The notes under the pieces were generated by a model. It had not been told where the DNA came from, made no database searches, and was given only the letters and a program-made list of their open reading frames with translations. From positions 1,416-65,415 of the forward strand of contig CAYTYC010000004.1 in assembly GCA_964442255.1 (NCBI GenBank): a DNA stretch of 64,000 nt. Reading direction: 5' to 3'. The stretch is from an uncultured archaeon. Its GTDB lineage: Archaea; Iainarchaeota; Iainarchaeia; Iainarchaeales; 1-14-0-10-31-34. Positions 7,663 to 16,208 of this stretch are shown here, in pieces. The position numbers and the translations under genes were made by a program. Within the stretch, counting starts at the first letter, position 1. Each line of letters opens with the position of its first letter.

Positions 7663-8541
7663 TTGCGGCTTAAAGCCGTTTTTCAGGTGATTTTAATGCC
7701 TTTTAAAGCAGAACTCCACTGCCATTCGTTTCACTCGCATGGCACAAAAATCTTTTACGACGGAATTCATTCCCCCAAGCAAATGGTGAAACAGGCAGGC
7801 AACTCGGGTTTGGAGGCAGTTGCATTAACAGACCACAATTCAATTGAAGGGTGGGGCGCGGCAAAAGCCACGGCAAAAAACCTGAACATGGTTTTCATTC
7901 CCGGGGAAGAGGTCAGCTCTTTGGACGGGCACATTCTTGTTTTGGGGTTGAATGAATTCATTTCCCCGCAGCTTTCCGCCGAAGAAACCCTTGACTTAAT
8001 CCGTGAACAGGACGCGGTTGCAATTGCCCCGCACCCTTTTGACATTAAAGGGGACGGAATAGGGAAAAAGTCCCTGCAATGTGGTTTGATTGAATCCTTT
8101 AACCCGTTGAATTTGGACAGGTTAAGCAACTGGAACGCAAAACGCTTTGCAAAAAAGCATTCTTTAATTGAATCGGTTGGCTCGGACGCGCATTCAATGG
8201 AAATGCTTGGCTACAATTTCACTGAATTCAACTGCGAAAAAAGCCTTGACTCCATTCTCTTGGCTTTAAAGAAAGGAGAATTCAAGGTAACAAAAAACTA
8301 CATTCCGTTTAATGTAACCCAAAAATGGGCAATTGAAAAACTCAAGCTTTCTTACCCGCAAACCAAGGAATACATTAACTCTTACTACAGTTTTCCAAAG
8401 AAAATCGTTTCACGCGTCATGCTGGAATTGGTGAGGAAAAGCCCGGGGGACGTGGATTATTTGCTGAAAACCCTTGCATACTTTGGATTGGTGAACGCGT
8501 TTGCCTACTCTTCGTTAAGGCAGTTCAAGCACTGGGTTTAA
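7663..8541 (+). CDS. PHP-domain metal-dependent phosphoesterase
   Basis: ELHCHSFHSHG and ALTDHNS histidine motifs plus HILVLGL. The true start may be the internal Met at 7696. Confidence 0.7.
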   Translation: MRLKAVFQVILMPFKAELHCHSFHSHGTKIFYDGIHSPKQMVKQAGNSGLEAVALTDHNSIEGWGAAKATAKNLNMVFIPGEEVSSLDGHILVLGLNEFISPQLSAEETLDLIREQDAVAIAPHPFDIKGDGIGKKSLQCGLIESFNPLNLDRLSNWNAKRFAKKHSLIESVGSDAHSMEMLGYNFTEFNCEKSLDSILLALKKGEFKVTKNYIPFNVTQKWAIEKLKLSYPQTKEYINSYYSFPKKIVSRVMLELVRKSPGDVDYLLKTLAYFGLVNAFAYSSLRQFKHWV

Positions 8542-9257
8542 TTCTTCCTGAACAAGTGCAGTGAAAACAAGTCACCGTTGCAGCGAGTGTCCATGCCCTT
8601 AACCAATTCCAATCCCTTAAACAATTCCGCGTACTCTTCTTTTTTCCGGAAAATGCTGTACTTTGAGCCGCTTCTCCCGTTTTCTTCCCAAACGTGTTCG
8701 CAGAGAAAAATGTGCCCTCCTTTTCTGCAGATTTCCTTCATTTTTTTTGCGGGTTTCTTCAGTTCCTTTGGATTCAGTATGTGCAGCAATACAAGGGACT
8801 CGAAAACCAAGTCATATTTTTCAGGGGTTTCAAATTCAGTGAGCTTTCCTTTATGCAGTTCAATGTTTGGGGTGTGAAGAAATCTTTGGCTGGATTTTTC
8901 AAACATTATTTCGCTTGGTTCAATTCCTTCAACGCTGTATGCTTTTTTCACGAGCTCCTGCGTCATTCTTCCAGTCCCAAAACCGAGTTCAAAGACTTCT
9001 TTGTCTTCGTAAAATCCTTTCAGGAAAGAAAAAATTGTTTTCTTTAGTTTCCCGGATTCCAGCACGTTCCGCGTCCGGGAATGCCTTAAGCCCATTACCG
9101 CCTGCAATCCGTTTCTCTTTGCCCTTTCCTCCCAGTGCTTCCTTATTTCCTTTTCGGTCAGGCTTTCCTTTTCTTTCCTGCCGGGCTCAGGGCAAGTGTC
9201 TTTTTCTTTTTCGCTTAAACCGTGCACAGGCATTTTTGGTTCCTTCAAAAAAAGCAA
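8538..9257 (-). CDS. Class I SAM-dependent methyltransferase
   Basis: The VFELGFGTGRMT glycine-rich SAM-binding loop, then LHIL... and a type-11-like fold pattern; 239 aa. Confidence 0.7.
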   Translation of the reverse strand: MLFLKEPKMPVHGLSEKEKDTCPEPGRKEKESLTEKEIRKHWEERAKRNGLQAVMGLRHSRTRNVLESGKLKKTIFSFLKGFYEDKEVFELGFGTGRMTQELVKKAYSVEGIEPSEIMFEKSSQRFLHTPNIELHKGKLTEFETPEKYDLVFESLVLLHILNPKELKKPAKKMKEICRKGGHIFLCEHVWEENGRSGSKYSIFRKKEEYAELFKGLELVKGMDTRCNGDLFSLHLFRKN

Positions 9258-9290
9258 GCCTCTGGCGGGAGTCGAACCCGCTTTTGGCTA
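9257..9290 (-). pseudogene. tRNA 3'-half fragment (T-arm plus acceptor 3' strand), no matching 5' half nearby
   Basis: Reverse complement reads ..UAGCCAAAAGCGGGUUCGACUCCCGCCAGAGGC-U. The acceptor matches tRNA-Thr(UGU) at 1139 and the T-arm resembles tRNA-Thr(GGU) at 11084. Confidence 0.5.
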
Positions 9291-9344
9291 AACCCGAACA
9301 AAAACGAAATATATATATATACGTTAAAATATATGAGGTCTAGC

Positions 9345-9950
9345 ATGAAATACTGTGCCTTGATTGGATTGCTTTTTGTTGCTGTTTTGGCTAGCGGATG
9401 CAGCCAGCTTGAGCCCGTAAATTATCCGGTAGCGCAAGGCGTAAAGGTTGACGTTCAAAGCCCTCATCCTTATTCAAACGGGAAAAGCGGCAAAAGCATT
9501 GAAACAATTGTTTGGTCGCATACTTTAAAGCACCCTGGCGCCTCCTCCTTAAAACTGCACTTCAACAGGCTGGATGTTGCAGGGGAGTTAAACGTACCTG
9601 TAGTTTATGAAACAATCAATATTCCTTGTCCGCCTGAAAGTTCCCCGGAGGCAACCGAAGGAGTGCCGAGCGCCGGGGAATTAGTGTACTGCGGAGAGAA
9701 AACAGTAACAAAAGAATTTACGTTGCAGGAAATATTCATTAAAAACTACATCAATGGAGATTTTTTAATGGTAAGAGACTCACAAAACAATATCTTGGAT
9801 ATACTATTTGAGCAGCCGCCTGGAGCTGGCTTTTCCAAAACTTACGATGGTGTAGATGTGGTAGTATTGGAGCTTTACGCAGATGCCTCTGAAAACGCTT
9901 ATGGCGTACATGTGGATGAGTATTTTTATGGATTTGAACATACTGGCTGA
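9345..9950 (+). CDS. Secreted lipoprotein, hypothetical
   Basis: MKYCALIGLLFVAVLASGC lipobox signal peptide. An alternative in-frame ATG lies at 9333. The gene is bracketed by 17-bp direct repeats. Confidence 0.6.
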   Translation: MKYCALIGLLFVAVLASGCSQLEPVNYPVAQGVKVDVQSPHPYSNGKSGKSIETIVWSHTLKHPGASSLKLHFNRLDVAGELNVPVVYETINIPCPPESSPEATEGVPSAGELVYCGEKTVTKEFTLQEIFIKNYINGDFLMVRDSQNNILDILFEQPPGAGFSKTYDGVDVVVLELYADASENAYGVHVDEYFYGFEHTG

Positions 9951-10026
9951 TTCACGGCCATTTAATCTTCTTTGACTGCTTTTTCAGAAAATTAAGGGCA
10001 GGGCAAAAAAATGCAAGCCTCTGGCG

Positions 10027-10044
10027 GGAATTCACAGGAAATCT
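10027..10044 (-). repeat. Second copy of the tRNA 3'-end fragment (gcaagcctctggcggga), a direct repeat of 9254..9270
   Basis: 17/17 nt identical to 9254-9270. The downstream sequence diverges (attcaca versus gtcgaacc). Confidence 0.6.
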
Positions 10045-10089
10045 GCCCCCTTTCCAGCTGATTATAAAGGCTAAAACCGGTATTTTTGC

Positions 10090-11121
10090 GTGAATGATGC
10101 GAGAGTTGAGTTTAGGGACAACGACATTAAGAGGCAGTTTTTTGCTGAATTAAAGGAAGCCGCCAAGGCAAAAAGCTGGAAAAAGCTGGCAAACTGTTTT
10201 GGGGTCAGCCTGAAGACTTTTCAGAGCTACTTGTATGGGGGCTTCACGGTTCCAGGAAATCTCTTCAGTCGATTTATTGAAAATTTCCCGGAAGAAAAAA
10301 AGCGTTTTTATTCAGATAATGTTAATTTAAAAGATAAAAATTGGGGGGCAGTTTTGGGCGGCAAAAGAAACTATCAGCTGCACCCGGAAATTTATGAAAA
10401 AGGCAGAAAAATTGCGGCACTTAGGCGCAAAGGAAAAGAAGAAACTTTTGACTTTGATGTTCCGCTTTCAGAGGATTTGTGTGAATTTATCGGCGCATTT
10501 ATCGGCGACGGGTTTACTAATAGATATGGCCGCCATTATTGGACAGAGTTAACAGGGGACATAAATCTTGATAAAGAATATCTGACAAATGTTCTTGCAA
10601 GAAACGTGTTTTCTTTGCTTGGGGTAAATTCAACTTCAAGGCCGAATAGCGGCAATAATGCTCTAAGGCTGATTTTTCACTCAAAATTTTTGTTTAAGCT
10701 TTTAACCGAGCGTTTCAAATTTCCCGCAGGAGTGAAATGTTATACCGTAAAAATTCCTGAAGAGATAATTAATGCAGGTGGTCCTCTATTGTATGCGACA
10801 ATTAGGGGAATATTTGATACTGATGGTTGCGTTTTTTTCAGCCAAAGAAAAGTCTACAGAAAACCTTATCCAAGGGTTACGTTTCAAACGGCAAGCGAGT
10901 CACTGCATTCACAAGTGAAAGAAATTCTAAGCAAAGAGTTCAGCCTGTATTCATACAAAAACAGGGAAAAGAAGAAATTTGCTGTAGATGTTTATGGCCA
11001 CAACCAGCTTAAAAAGTGGCTTCGTTTGATAGGGTTTTCTAATAAAAGGCATCTTGATAGGTTAAACAGGTTTCAAGATGCTAAGCCCTGGGCGGGGATC
11101 GAACCCGCGACCTCATGCTAG
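10090..11121 (+). CDS. Free-standing LAGLIDADG homing endonuclease (two-motif, single-chain type)
   Basis: Motif 1 is FIGAFIGDGF and motif 2 is IRGIFDTDGCV; 343 aa. The 3' end overlaps the tRNA-Thr(GGU) gene on the opposite strand by ~37 nt. Confidence 0.8.
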   Translation: MNDARVEFRDNDIKRQFFAELKEAAKAKSWKKLANCFGVSLKTFQSYLYGGFTVPGNLFSRFIENFPEEKKRFYSDNVNLKDKNWGAVLGGKRNYQLHPEIYEKGRKIAALRRKGKEETFDFDVPLSEDLCEFIGAFIGDGFTNRYGRHYWTELTGDINLDKEYLTNVLARNVFSLLGVNSTSRPNSGNNALRLIFHSKFLFKLLTERFKFPAGVKCYTVKIPEEIINAGGPLLYATIRGIFDTDGCVFFSQRKVYRKPYPRVTFQTASESLHSQVKEILSKEFSLYSYKNREKKKFAVDVYGHNQLKKWLRLIGFSNKRHLDRLNRFQDAKPWAGIEPATSC

Positions 11122-11172
11122 TTGTCCTCATTAGATACCAAGCATGTATTGCTACCACTAAACTACCAGGGC
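11084..11172 (-). tRNA. tRNA-Thr (anticodon GGU) with a 16-nt intron at 37/38
   Basis: Reverse complement reads GCCCUGG-UA-GUUU-..-CAUGC-UUGGUA[UCUAAUGAGGACAACU]A-GCAUG-AGGUC-GCGGG-UUCGAUC-CCCGC-CCAGGGC-U. Discriminator is U73. Confidence 0.75.
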
Positions 11173-11201
11173 ATACACTATTAATCCATCCAAAAAAAGG
11201 T

Positions 11202-11387
11202 TTAAAAGCAGTCGGCACAGAGTTTTTTTCCTAAATTTTTTGAGGCATTGAGAATTTCAATTCCAAGCAGCTCTTTTCTTTCGCTAAAGTCAACTATGCT
11301 GTCACCAAATTCTTTACTGGCATGGTATTTCCCTTTTTTTGCCTTAATATACATCGCGTCAGCCGATTTATCGTAAGTCACTTTCAT
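11202..11387 (-). CDS. DUF2283-family small protein
   Basis: MKVTYDKSADAMYIK...IVDFSERKELLGIEILNAS matches the DUF2283 pattern (YD.eaDalYi...D...G.l.GIEil.as); 61 aa. Confidence 0.6.
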   Translation of the reverse strand: MKVTYDKSADAMYIKAKKGKYHASKEFGDSIVDFSERKELLGIEILNASKNLGKKLCADCF

Positions 11388-12655
11388 TTGCCTGCGCCAA
11401 CGATTTCCTTCAATTTCTCCAGTTCACTGAATTTTACCTCGAATTCCTTTCTTTTTTCCATGTCCTTTACCGTGAGAACAGATTTTTCCAGTTCTTTTTC
11501 CCCAATGAAAGCAACAAAGGGAAAGCCTTGTTTTAAGGCAAATTCCAGGCTTTTTCCCACGCTTCCTGCCTTTAAATCCAGTTCAGCAGGAACCCCCGCC
11601 CTGCTGCGGATTCTTTGGAGCATTTCCAGGGCTTTTAAGGCAGTTTTCTCCCCAATAGGCACCAAATAAATGCCTTTTTTGGGCTTTAAAGCCAGTTTTT
11701 CCCCCATTAACCCGCAGATTCTTTCCACGCCATAGCTTATGCCCACAGCCTCTTCCGGCCTTCCCCCATACAATTCAATAAGCTTATCGTACCTGCCTCC
11801 TCCGCCCACGCTTTGGCCTTCCCCCACTTTGACCTCAAAAACCGTTCCAGTATAATATTCCAGCCCGCGTGCTATACTCAAATCAAACTCTGCTTGCTTC
11901 TCCAAGCCCGCGGCCTTCAAATATTCCAGCAACTCTTTCACTTCCTTTAATCCCTTTGAATTCACCTTTTTTTCCTTGAACTCTTTCTCGATTTCCCCCA
12001 AGGCTTTTCCGTTCATCCAGCCCAAAATGCTTGAATCAATTTTCTTTTTTTTCAGCTCTTCCCTGACTCCTTTCACCCCAATTTTTTCCAGCTTGTCCAG
12101 GCTCCGCAAACAATCTACAACCTGCGCTTTTTTCACCCCGTTGCAGAGCGCAAGCTCTTCCAAAAGCTTTCTGTTGTTCAGCCTGACTTTTGCTTTCAGC
12201 CCCAGGCGCCTGAAAACTTCAATTGTTGCGCTTATGCATTCCGTTTCCGCAAGCATTGAGCCTGTTCCCGTAATGTCAATGTCCGCCTGTGTAAACTCGC
12301 GGTACCTTCCCTTCCCGGGTCGGTCGTACCTGTAAACCGTTCCAATGCAGTATCTTTTAAACGGCCTTGGAAGCTGCGGGTTGGAAGCCATTACCCTCCC
12401 AAGCGGAACAGTGAAATCAAACCTTAACCCTAACTCTCTTCCGCTTTGGTCCTTAAAGCAGTAGATTTCTTTCCTTATTTCTTCTCCGCCTGCACTCTTT
12501 GCGCTCAACAGCTTAAAGTCTTCTACAACCGGAGTCTGCCAGGGAAGAAAGCCGTACAATTCAAACACCTGCCTGCACGTGTCTTCAATGAACTGCTTTT
12601 TCACCATTTCCTCCGGAAGGTAATCCCGCATTCCGCGAACAGTCTGGAACTTCAT
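11384..12655 (-). CDS. hisS: Histidine--tRNA ligase (class II aaRS)
   Basis: The GMRDYLPEE HisRS signature, class II motif 2 (TVYRYDRPGKGRYREFTQ) and a C-terminal anticodon-binding domain; 423 aa. The tRNA-His gene is immediately adjacent. Confidence 0.85.
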   Translation of the reverse strand: MKFQTVRGMRDYLPEEMVKKQFIEDTCRQVFELYGFLPWQTPVVEDFKLLSAKSAGGEEIRKEIYCFKDQSGRELGLRFDFTVPLGRVMASNPQLPRPFKRYCIGTVYRYDRPGKGRYREFTQADIDITGTGSMLAETECISATIEVFRRLGLKAKVRLNNRKLLEELALCNGVKKAQVVDCLRSLDKLEKIGVKGVREELKKKKIDSSILGWMNGKALGEIEKEFKEKKVNSKGLKEVKELLEYLKAAGLEKQAEFDLSIARGLEYYTGTVFEVKVGEGQSVGGGGRYDKLIELYGGRPEEAVGISYGVERICGLMGEKLALKPKKGIYLVPIGEKTALKALEMLQRIRSRAGVPAELDLKAGSVGKSLEFALKQGFPFVAFIGEKELEKSVLTVKDMEKRKEFEVKFSELEKLKEIVGAGK

Positions 12656-12675
12656 TTTCTCTCACCTGCTTTTAG

Positions 12676-12748
12676 GGCCGTGGGGGGGAGTCGAACCCCC
12701 GTCTTAGGATCCACAATCCCATATCCTGACCGCTGGACGACCACAGCC
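12676..12748 (-). tRNA. tRNA-His (anticodon GUG) with a genomically encoded G-1
   Basis: Reverse complement reads G(-1)-GCUGUGG-UC-GUCC-AGCGGUCA-GGAU-A-UGGGA-UUGUGGA-UCCUA-AGAC-GGGGG-UUCGACU-CCCCC-CCACGGC-C. G-1 pairs with C73, which is the tRNA-His hallmark. Confidence 0.85.
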
Positions 12749-12998
12749 ATTAACTTATTTTTGGATAGCTTTCCCCTCATTTTTTTGTTTGGTTCCCGAA
12801 ATTGAGCCAGCCATTACCTGCACTTACAGCTAAGAATGAAAAGGCTTTTATTATTGCATTCCGCCCGCTACCCAAATCAAAGAAAAAGTTGCCTGAAATG
12901 AACTAACTCACTTTTCATGGTGGACAGCATACTTTCTTTCCGGAAAGGTTTAAATAGGTTTTTAAACCTGAATAAGCCCAAGTATTTTGGTTGATTGA

Positions 12999-13304
12999 AT
13001 GCCTGAAAGAATTAAGAGACTGGTTGTGAAAGGGGGCAAGAAAGCCAAGGGAGGCTTAAAGAGACTCATGTCGGTTTTCTCGGGCGGAGCCGCACGGGTT
13101 GAACTGGAGCCAAAACCAATGGGCCCAGGCATGAAACGCCAGGCGAAAGAAATTAAGGGCGGCCACGGGCACAAAGGCATCAGTGTTTTAAGGAATCTGG
13201 CGGACAAGAAAGAAAAACCCATTAATCCGGAAAAAACCTTAAAACGCATTTTGGAAGGAAGCGGAAGGGTTTCACCTAAAAAAAAGCGTGAAGAAGAAGC
13301 TTAA
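12999..13304 (+). CDS. Hypothetical small basic protein (uncertain)
   Basis: 101-aa K/R/G-rich ORF, convergent with trkA. An overlapping minus-strand ORF (12962..13249) is an equally weak alternative. Confidence 0.25.
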   Translation: MPERIKRLVVKGGKKAKGGLKRLMSVFSGGAARVELEPKPMGPGMKRQAKEIKGGHGHKGISVLRNLADKKEKPINPEKTLKRILEGSGRVSPKKKREEEA

Positions 13305-13954
13305 ATCAAACTTTTTCTGACTTTGTCTGCGACTTCCCTTTTCGCTAAAACCAGTATTTTTGTGTTTGCCTTGATTTCGGCTTCCGGCCCGGGAATCACG
13401 AGCTGGCCGCCTTCGTATAAGGCGATTATTGCGGAACCCGGGGGATGCTGGATGTCCCTGATTTTTTTGCCCACAATTTTTGTGTTTTCCTTCACCAGTA
13501 TCTCCATTATTTCGGCTTCCCCCCGGGAAATGAATGCAAGGTCCAAAACCTCGGGTTTTGTGATTAACTCTTCAATGTAGCCTGCTGCGGCTGCCTCCGG
13601 GTGAATCACAATGTCAATCCCTAATTTGTTTAAAACCCGTTCATCGTATTCCACTCTTCCCAGCCTCACCGCAACAGTTTTTGCCCCAAGCTCTTTCGCC
13701 AAAAGCCCCATGACCATGTTGGTTTCATCCGAGCCGGTTAACGCAACAACCGCGTCGGCTTCCTTTACTCCTGCTGCCTGCAGTGCCTTTATGTCTGTGC
13801 CGTCCGCATGGGTTGCAACAACATCCAATTGCCTTGAAATCCTTTCACAGACCTTTTCGTCCTTGTCAATGACTATTGTGTCGTGGTCTTCTTCAAGCAA
13901 TAACTGCACCAAATAGTAGCCCAAGTCGCCTGCCCCAATCACCACAATATACAT
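13301..13954 (-). CDS. trkA: K+ transport system NAD-binding subunit TrkA (single N+C unit)
   Basis: Rossmann motif VVIGAGDLG, RCK_N and RCK_C architecture; 217 aa. Immediately downstream of trkH. Confidence 0.8.
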   Translation of the reverse strand: MYIVVIGAGDLGYYLVQLLLEEDHDTIVIDKDEKVCERISRQLDVVATHADGTDIKALQAAGVKEADAVVALTGSDETNMVMGLLAKELGAKTVAVRLGRVEYDERVLNKLGIDIVIHPEAAAAGYIEELITKPEVLDLAFISRGEAEIMEILVKENTKIVGKKIRDIQHPPGSAIIALYEGGQLVIPGPEAEIKANTKILVLAKREVADKVRKSLI

Positions 13955-15418
13955 TTACAGTTTCCTCCTTGAAAGCATGAAACCAACCAATGCAAGCACT
14001 GGAATGATTTCCAGCCTGCCAATCCACATGTTTAATATTAGAACTGTTTCGCTTAATAAAGGCATTCCCTGCTGGGAGATTCCCGAGGAAATTCCGACAT
14101 TTCCTTGCGCTGAAGCCACTTCAAACAGCGCGGTCCCCAAATTTGTTCCGTCCAGTGTGAGGAGCGCGGTTCCAATTAAAAGGAAAATGGCGTACAGTAA
14201 AATGAACTGCGTCACCTGTTTTATTTCCTTGTCTTCCACGTCCCTGCCCTCAAATTTTCTTGCAAAAAAGGAATCTTCAGGCAAAACGCTTGCCTTTATT
14301 CTCCAGTAAATTGATTTAATGAAGATAATGAACCTGCTCAGCTTTATTCCGCCTGCAGTGCTTCCGCTTGAGCCCCCAATAAACATCACCCCAATCAAAA
14401 GCAGTTTAATGAAGTCTTCCCATACCCTCACTTCAGTGGGCGACACCAATGAAACGCCTCCCGCGGTTAAAGCCGACACCACATGAAAGAACGCGTACTC
14501 CACTCCAATGTAATTTGAGCCGTAGAATAAAATCATTTTCGGGAGAATAATTAATGAAGTGAGTGCCCCAAGAAAAAGCAGTGCCCTGAATTCAATGTCC
14601 CCAAAAAAAGCCTTTACTTGCTTGCGCTTGAAGAACAGGTAATGCACGGAAAAGCTGGTTGCCCCCAAAATCATCACAACCATTAAACTCAGGTCCAGCC
14701 AGGGGTTATGCCTTCCCACAAGCCCTCCTTCAATGGAATCCATTCCTGTTGTGGAGATTGCGCTCATGGAATAGTTTATTGAATGGAACAAACTTAAATC
14801 CGAGGAAAGGAAAACCAATAGTGTCCCGAAAACTGTGAGAATAACGTAAATTGCCCAAAGGTCTTTCACCATGTTTTTAATGTTTGGGCGAAGCCTTTCC
14901 TGTTTTCCTTCCGCAAGCAAAAACCTTGCGCTTTTCGTGTAGGCTGCAAACACTCCAACCAAAGCCATCACCACTATCCCTAATCCTCCAATCCATGAAA
15001 GAAAGCTTCTCCAGAAAATAAGGCTTTTTGGCAGGTTGCCTATGTGCGGCACCACACTCAGCCCGGTGGTTGTGATTGCGCTCATTGCCTCAAAAAAAGA
15101 GTCAAGGAAATTCATTCCCTGAATTAAAACAAACGGAAAGCCCGCTATTGCGGGAAAAACCAGCCAGATTACGCTTATTGCAATCAGCGCGTGCTTTAAT
15201 TCCGTGTCCTGGTCTGAAGCAAAAATTTTTTTTATCACATAGCCTAAAGCAAAAGAGAAAACGCCCACAAGGGCGTATTTTGCCATTATGTGCACGGGTT
15301 CCAGGAACAGGAGCGCGGCCAGAACCGGAATCGCATAGGCCGCGCTGCTCCACTGCAAAACCGTCCCAAAATCCCTTAGCACAACTTTTAAGTCTTCCCC
15401 TGAAACCCGGATAAACAT
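13955..15418 (-). CDS. trkH: TrkH/KtrB-family potassium uptake membrane protein
   Basis: 487 aa, polytopic, with repeated pore-loop-like TTGL/TAGG/TTGM segments. Gene pair with trkA. Confidence 0.8.
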   Translation of the reverse strand: MFIRVSGEDLKVVLRDFGTVLQWSSAAYAIPVLAALLFLEPVHIMAKYALVGVFSFALGYVIKKIFASDQDTELKHALIAISVIWLVFPAIAGFPFVLIQGMNFLDSFFEAMSAITTTGLSVVPHIGNLPKSLIFWRSFLSWIGGLGIVVMALVGVFAAYTKSARFLLAEGKQERLRPNIKNMVKDLWAIYVILTVFGTLLVFLSSDLSLFHSINYSMSAISTTGMDSIEGGLVGRHNPWLDLSLMVVMILGATSFSVHYLFFKRKQVKAFFGDIEFRALLFLGALTSLIILPKMILFYGSNYIGVEYAFFHVVSALTAGGVSLVSPTEVRVWEDFIKLLLIGVMFIGGSSGSTAGGIKLSRFIIFIKSIYWRIKASVLPEDSFFARKFEGRDVEDKEIKQVTQFILLYAIFLLIGTALLTLDGTNLGTALFEVASAQGNVGISSGISQQGMPLLSETVLILNMWIGRLEIIPVLALVGFMLSRRKL

Positions 15419-15471
15419 TTGTAAATAAAGGGCTTTTTCATTTAAAAGCGTTGAGGGAACGCCCGGAACCG

Positions 15472-15543
15472 CATATTTATGGGGGATTCGACTGAAAGGA
15501 GAATCCCTCGACGTATCCTGGCGTAAACCGACAGTGGCGGTTT
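15472..15543. repeat. Conserved two-hairpin element (copy 2), immediately 3' of tRNA-Leu
   Basis: gcatatttatg-GGGGATTC(N11)GAATCCC-tcGACGTATcctggcGTAAACCGACAGTGGCGGTTTgc. Compare 3979-4052. Confidence 0.7.
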
Positions 15544-15658
15544 GCAGGGGGGAGGATTCGAACCCCCGAAGGCACTAAGCCACAGCGCCTAATCCCAATC
15601 AAACCCGTAGGTTACGATTGTCTGAACGCTGCTCGTTTGACCGCTTCGATACCCCTGC
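15543..15658 (-). tRNA. tRNA-Leu (anticodon CAG) with a ~32-nt intron and a long variable arm
   Basis: Reverse complement reads GCAGGGG-UA-UCG-AAGCGGUCAAA-CGA-G-CAGCG-UUCAGA[C..intron..]G-CGCUG-(UGGCUUAGUGCCUUCG variable arm)-GGGGG-UUCGAAU-CCUCC-CCCCUGC-A. A73 is the Leu discriminator. Confidence 0.75.
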
Positions 15659-15700
15659 TTAAGAAAGCGTTTAATCAAAAACAATAAAAAACAGGAACCT

Positions 15701-16132
15701 TTACCTTAACTCGGTTTTGATTGCTTTGGCTATTTTTTCCGGCAGTTCATCTGGCTTTGTGCTTACTGAGGCGAACCCTGACTCAATTTTTTCGCTTAAT
15801 CCTTTGGAGTCTTTTCGCATTCCTGCAAACCCTTGTTTCATTCCTGTGAAGCCTTCCTGCATTCCTGCAAAACCTTCCCGCATTTCTGTGAATCCTTCTT
15901 TCATTGCCTGATAGCCCAGGGTTTGGTAGCCGATGCCTTTGTCCAGCTGCTCTAAAATCAGGGATTGATTGTATTGTTCACTGTTCGCCAAACTTATGCG
16001 GTTGTCAAATTTTAGCCCTGAAACACTGACTTTCCTTTTTTCTCTTTCCCCGCCAAATTCTATTGCCGAGGGAAAATGCTTTTTCAGGTAGCCGTGAAAT
16101 TCCCTGATGTTTTCTTTTGTTCCCTCAACCAT
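15701..16132 (-). CDS. Hypothetical protein with a tandem heptad (E/Q)GF(A/T)GM(x) repeat
   Basis: ..KEGFTEMREGFAGMQEGFTGMKQGFAGMRKD.. The start is taken at the internal Met (MVEGTKEN) because the listed start at 16249 overlaps tRNA-Arg. Confidence 0.45.
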   Translation of the reverse strand: MVEGTKENIREFHGYLKKHFPSAIEFGGEREKRKVSVSGLKFDNRISLANSEQYNQSLILEQLDKGIGYQTLGYQAMKEGFTEMREGFAGMQEGFTGMKQGFAGMRKDSKGLSEKIESGFASVSTKPDELPEKIAKAIKTELR

Positions 16133-16208
16133 TTTTCTCTTATAGAAAGGGATTGGGATCGTATTTAAGGTTTCCTGTTCGTCAATTACCAACGGAAGGT
16201 TAGTTGAT

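Noticed and set aside
10827-11012. Plus-strand 61-aa ORF nested in the LAGLIDADG gene
   Set aside because: It is an alternative frame within a well-supported gene that carries both LAGLIDADG motifs.
12962-13249. Minus-strand 95-aa ORF overlapping the 12999..13304 plus ORF
   Set aside because: Neither frame is convincing. The plus-strand ORF was kept at low confidence because it ends convergently at the trkA stop and has an ATG. The minus ORF is Pro/Phe-rich with no start context.
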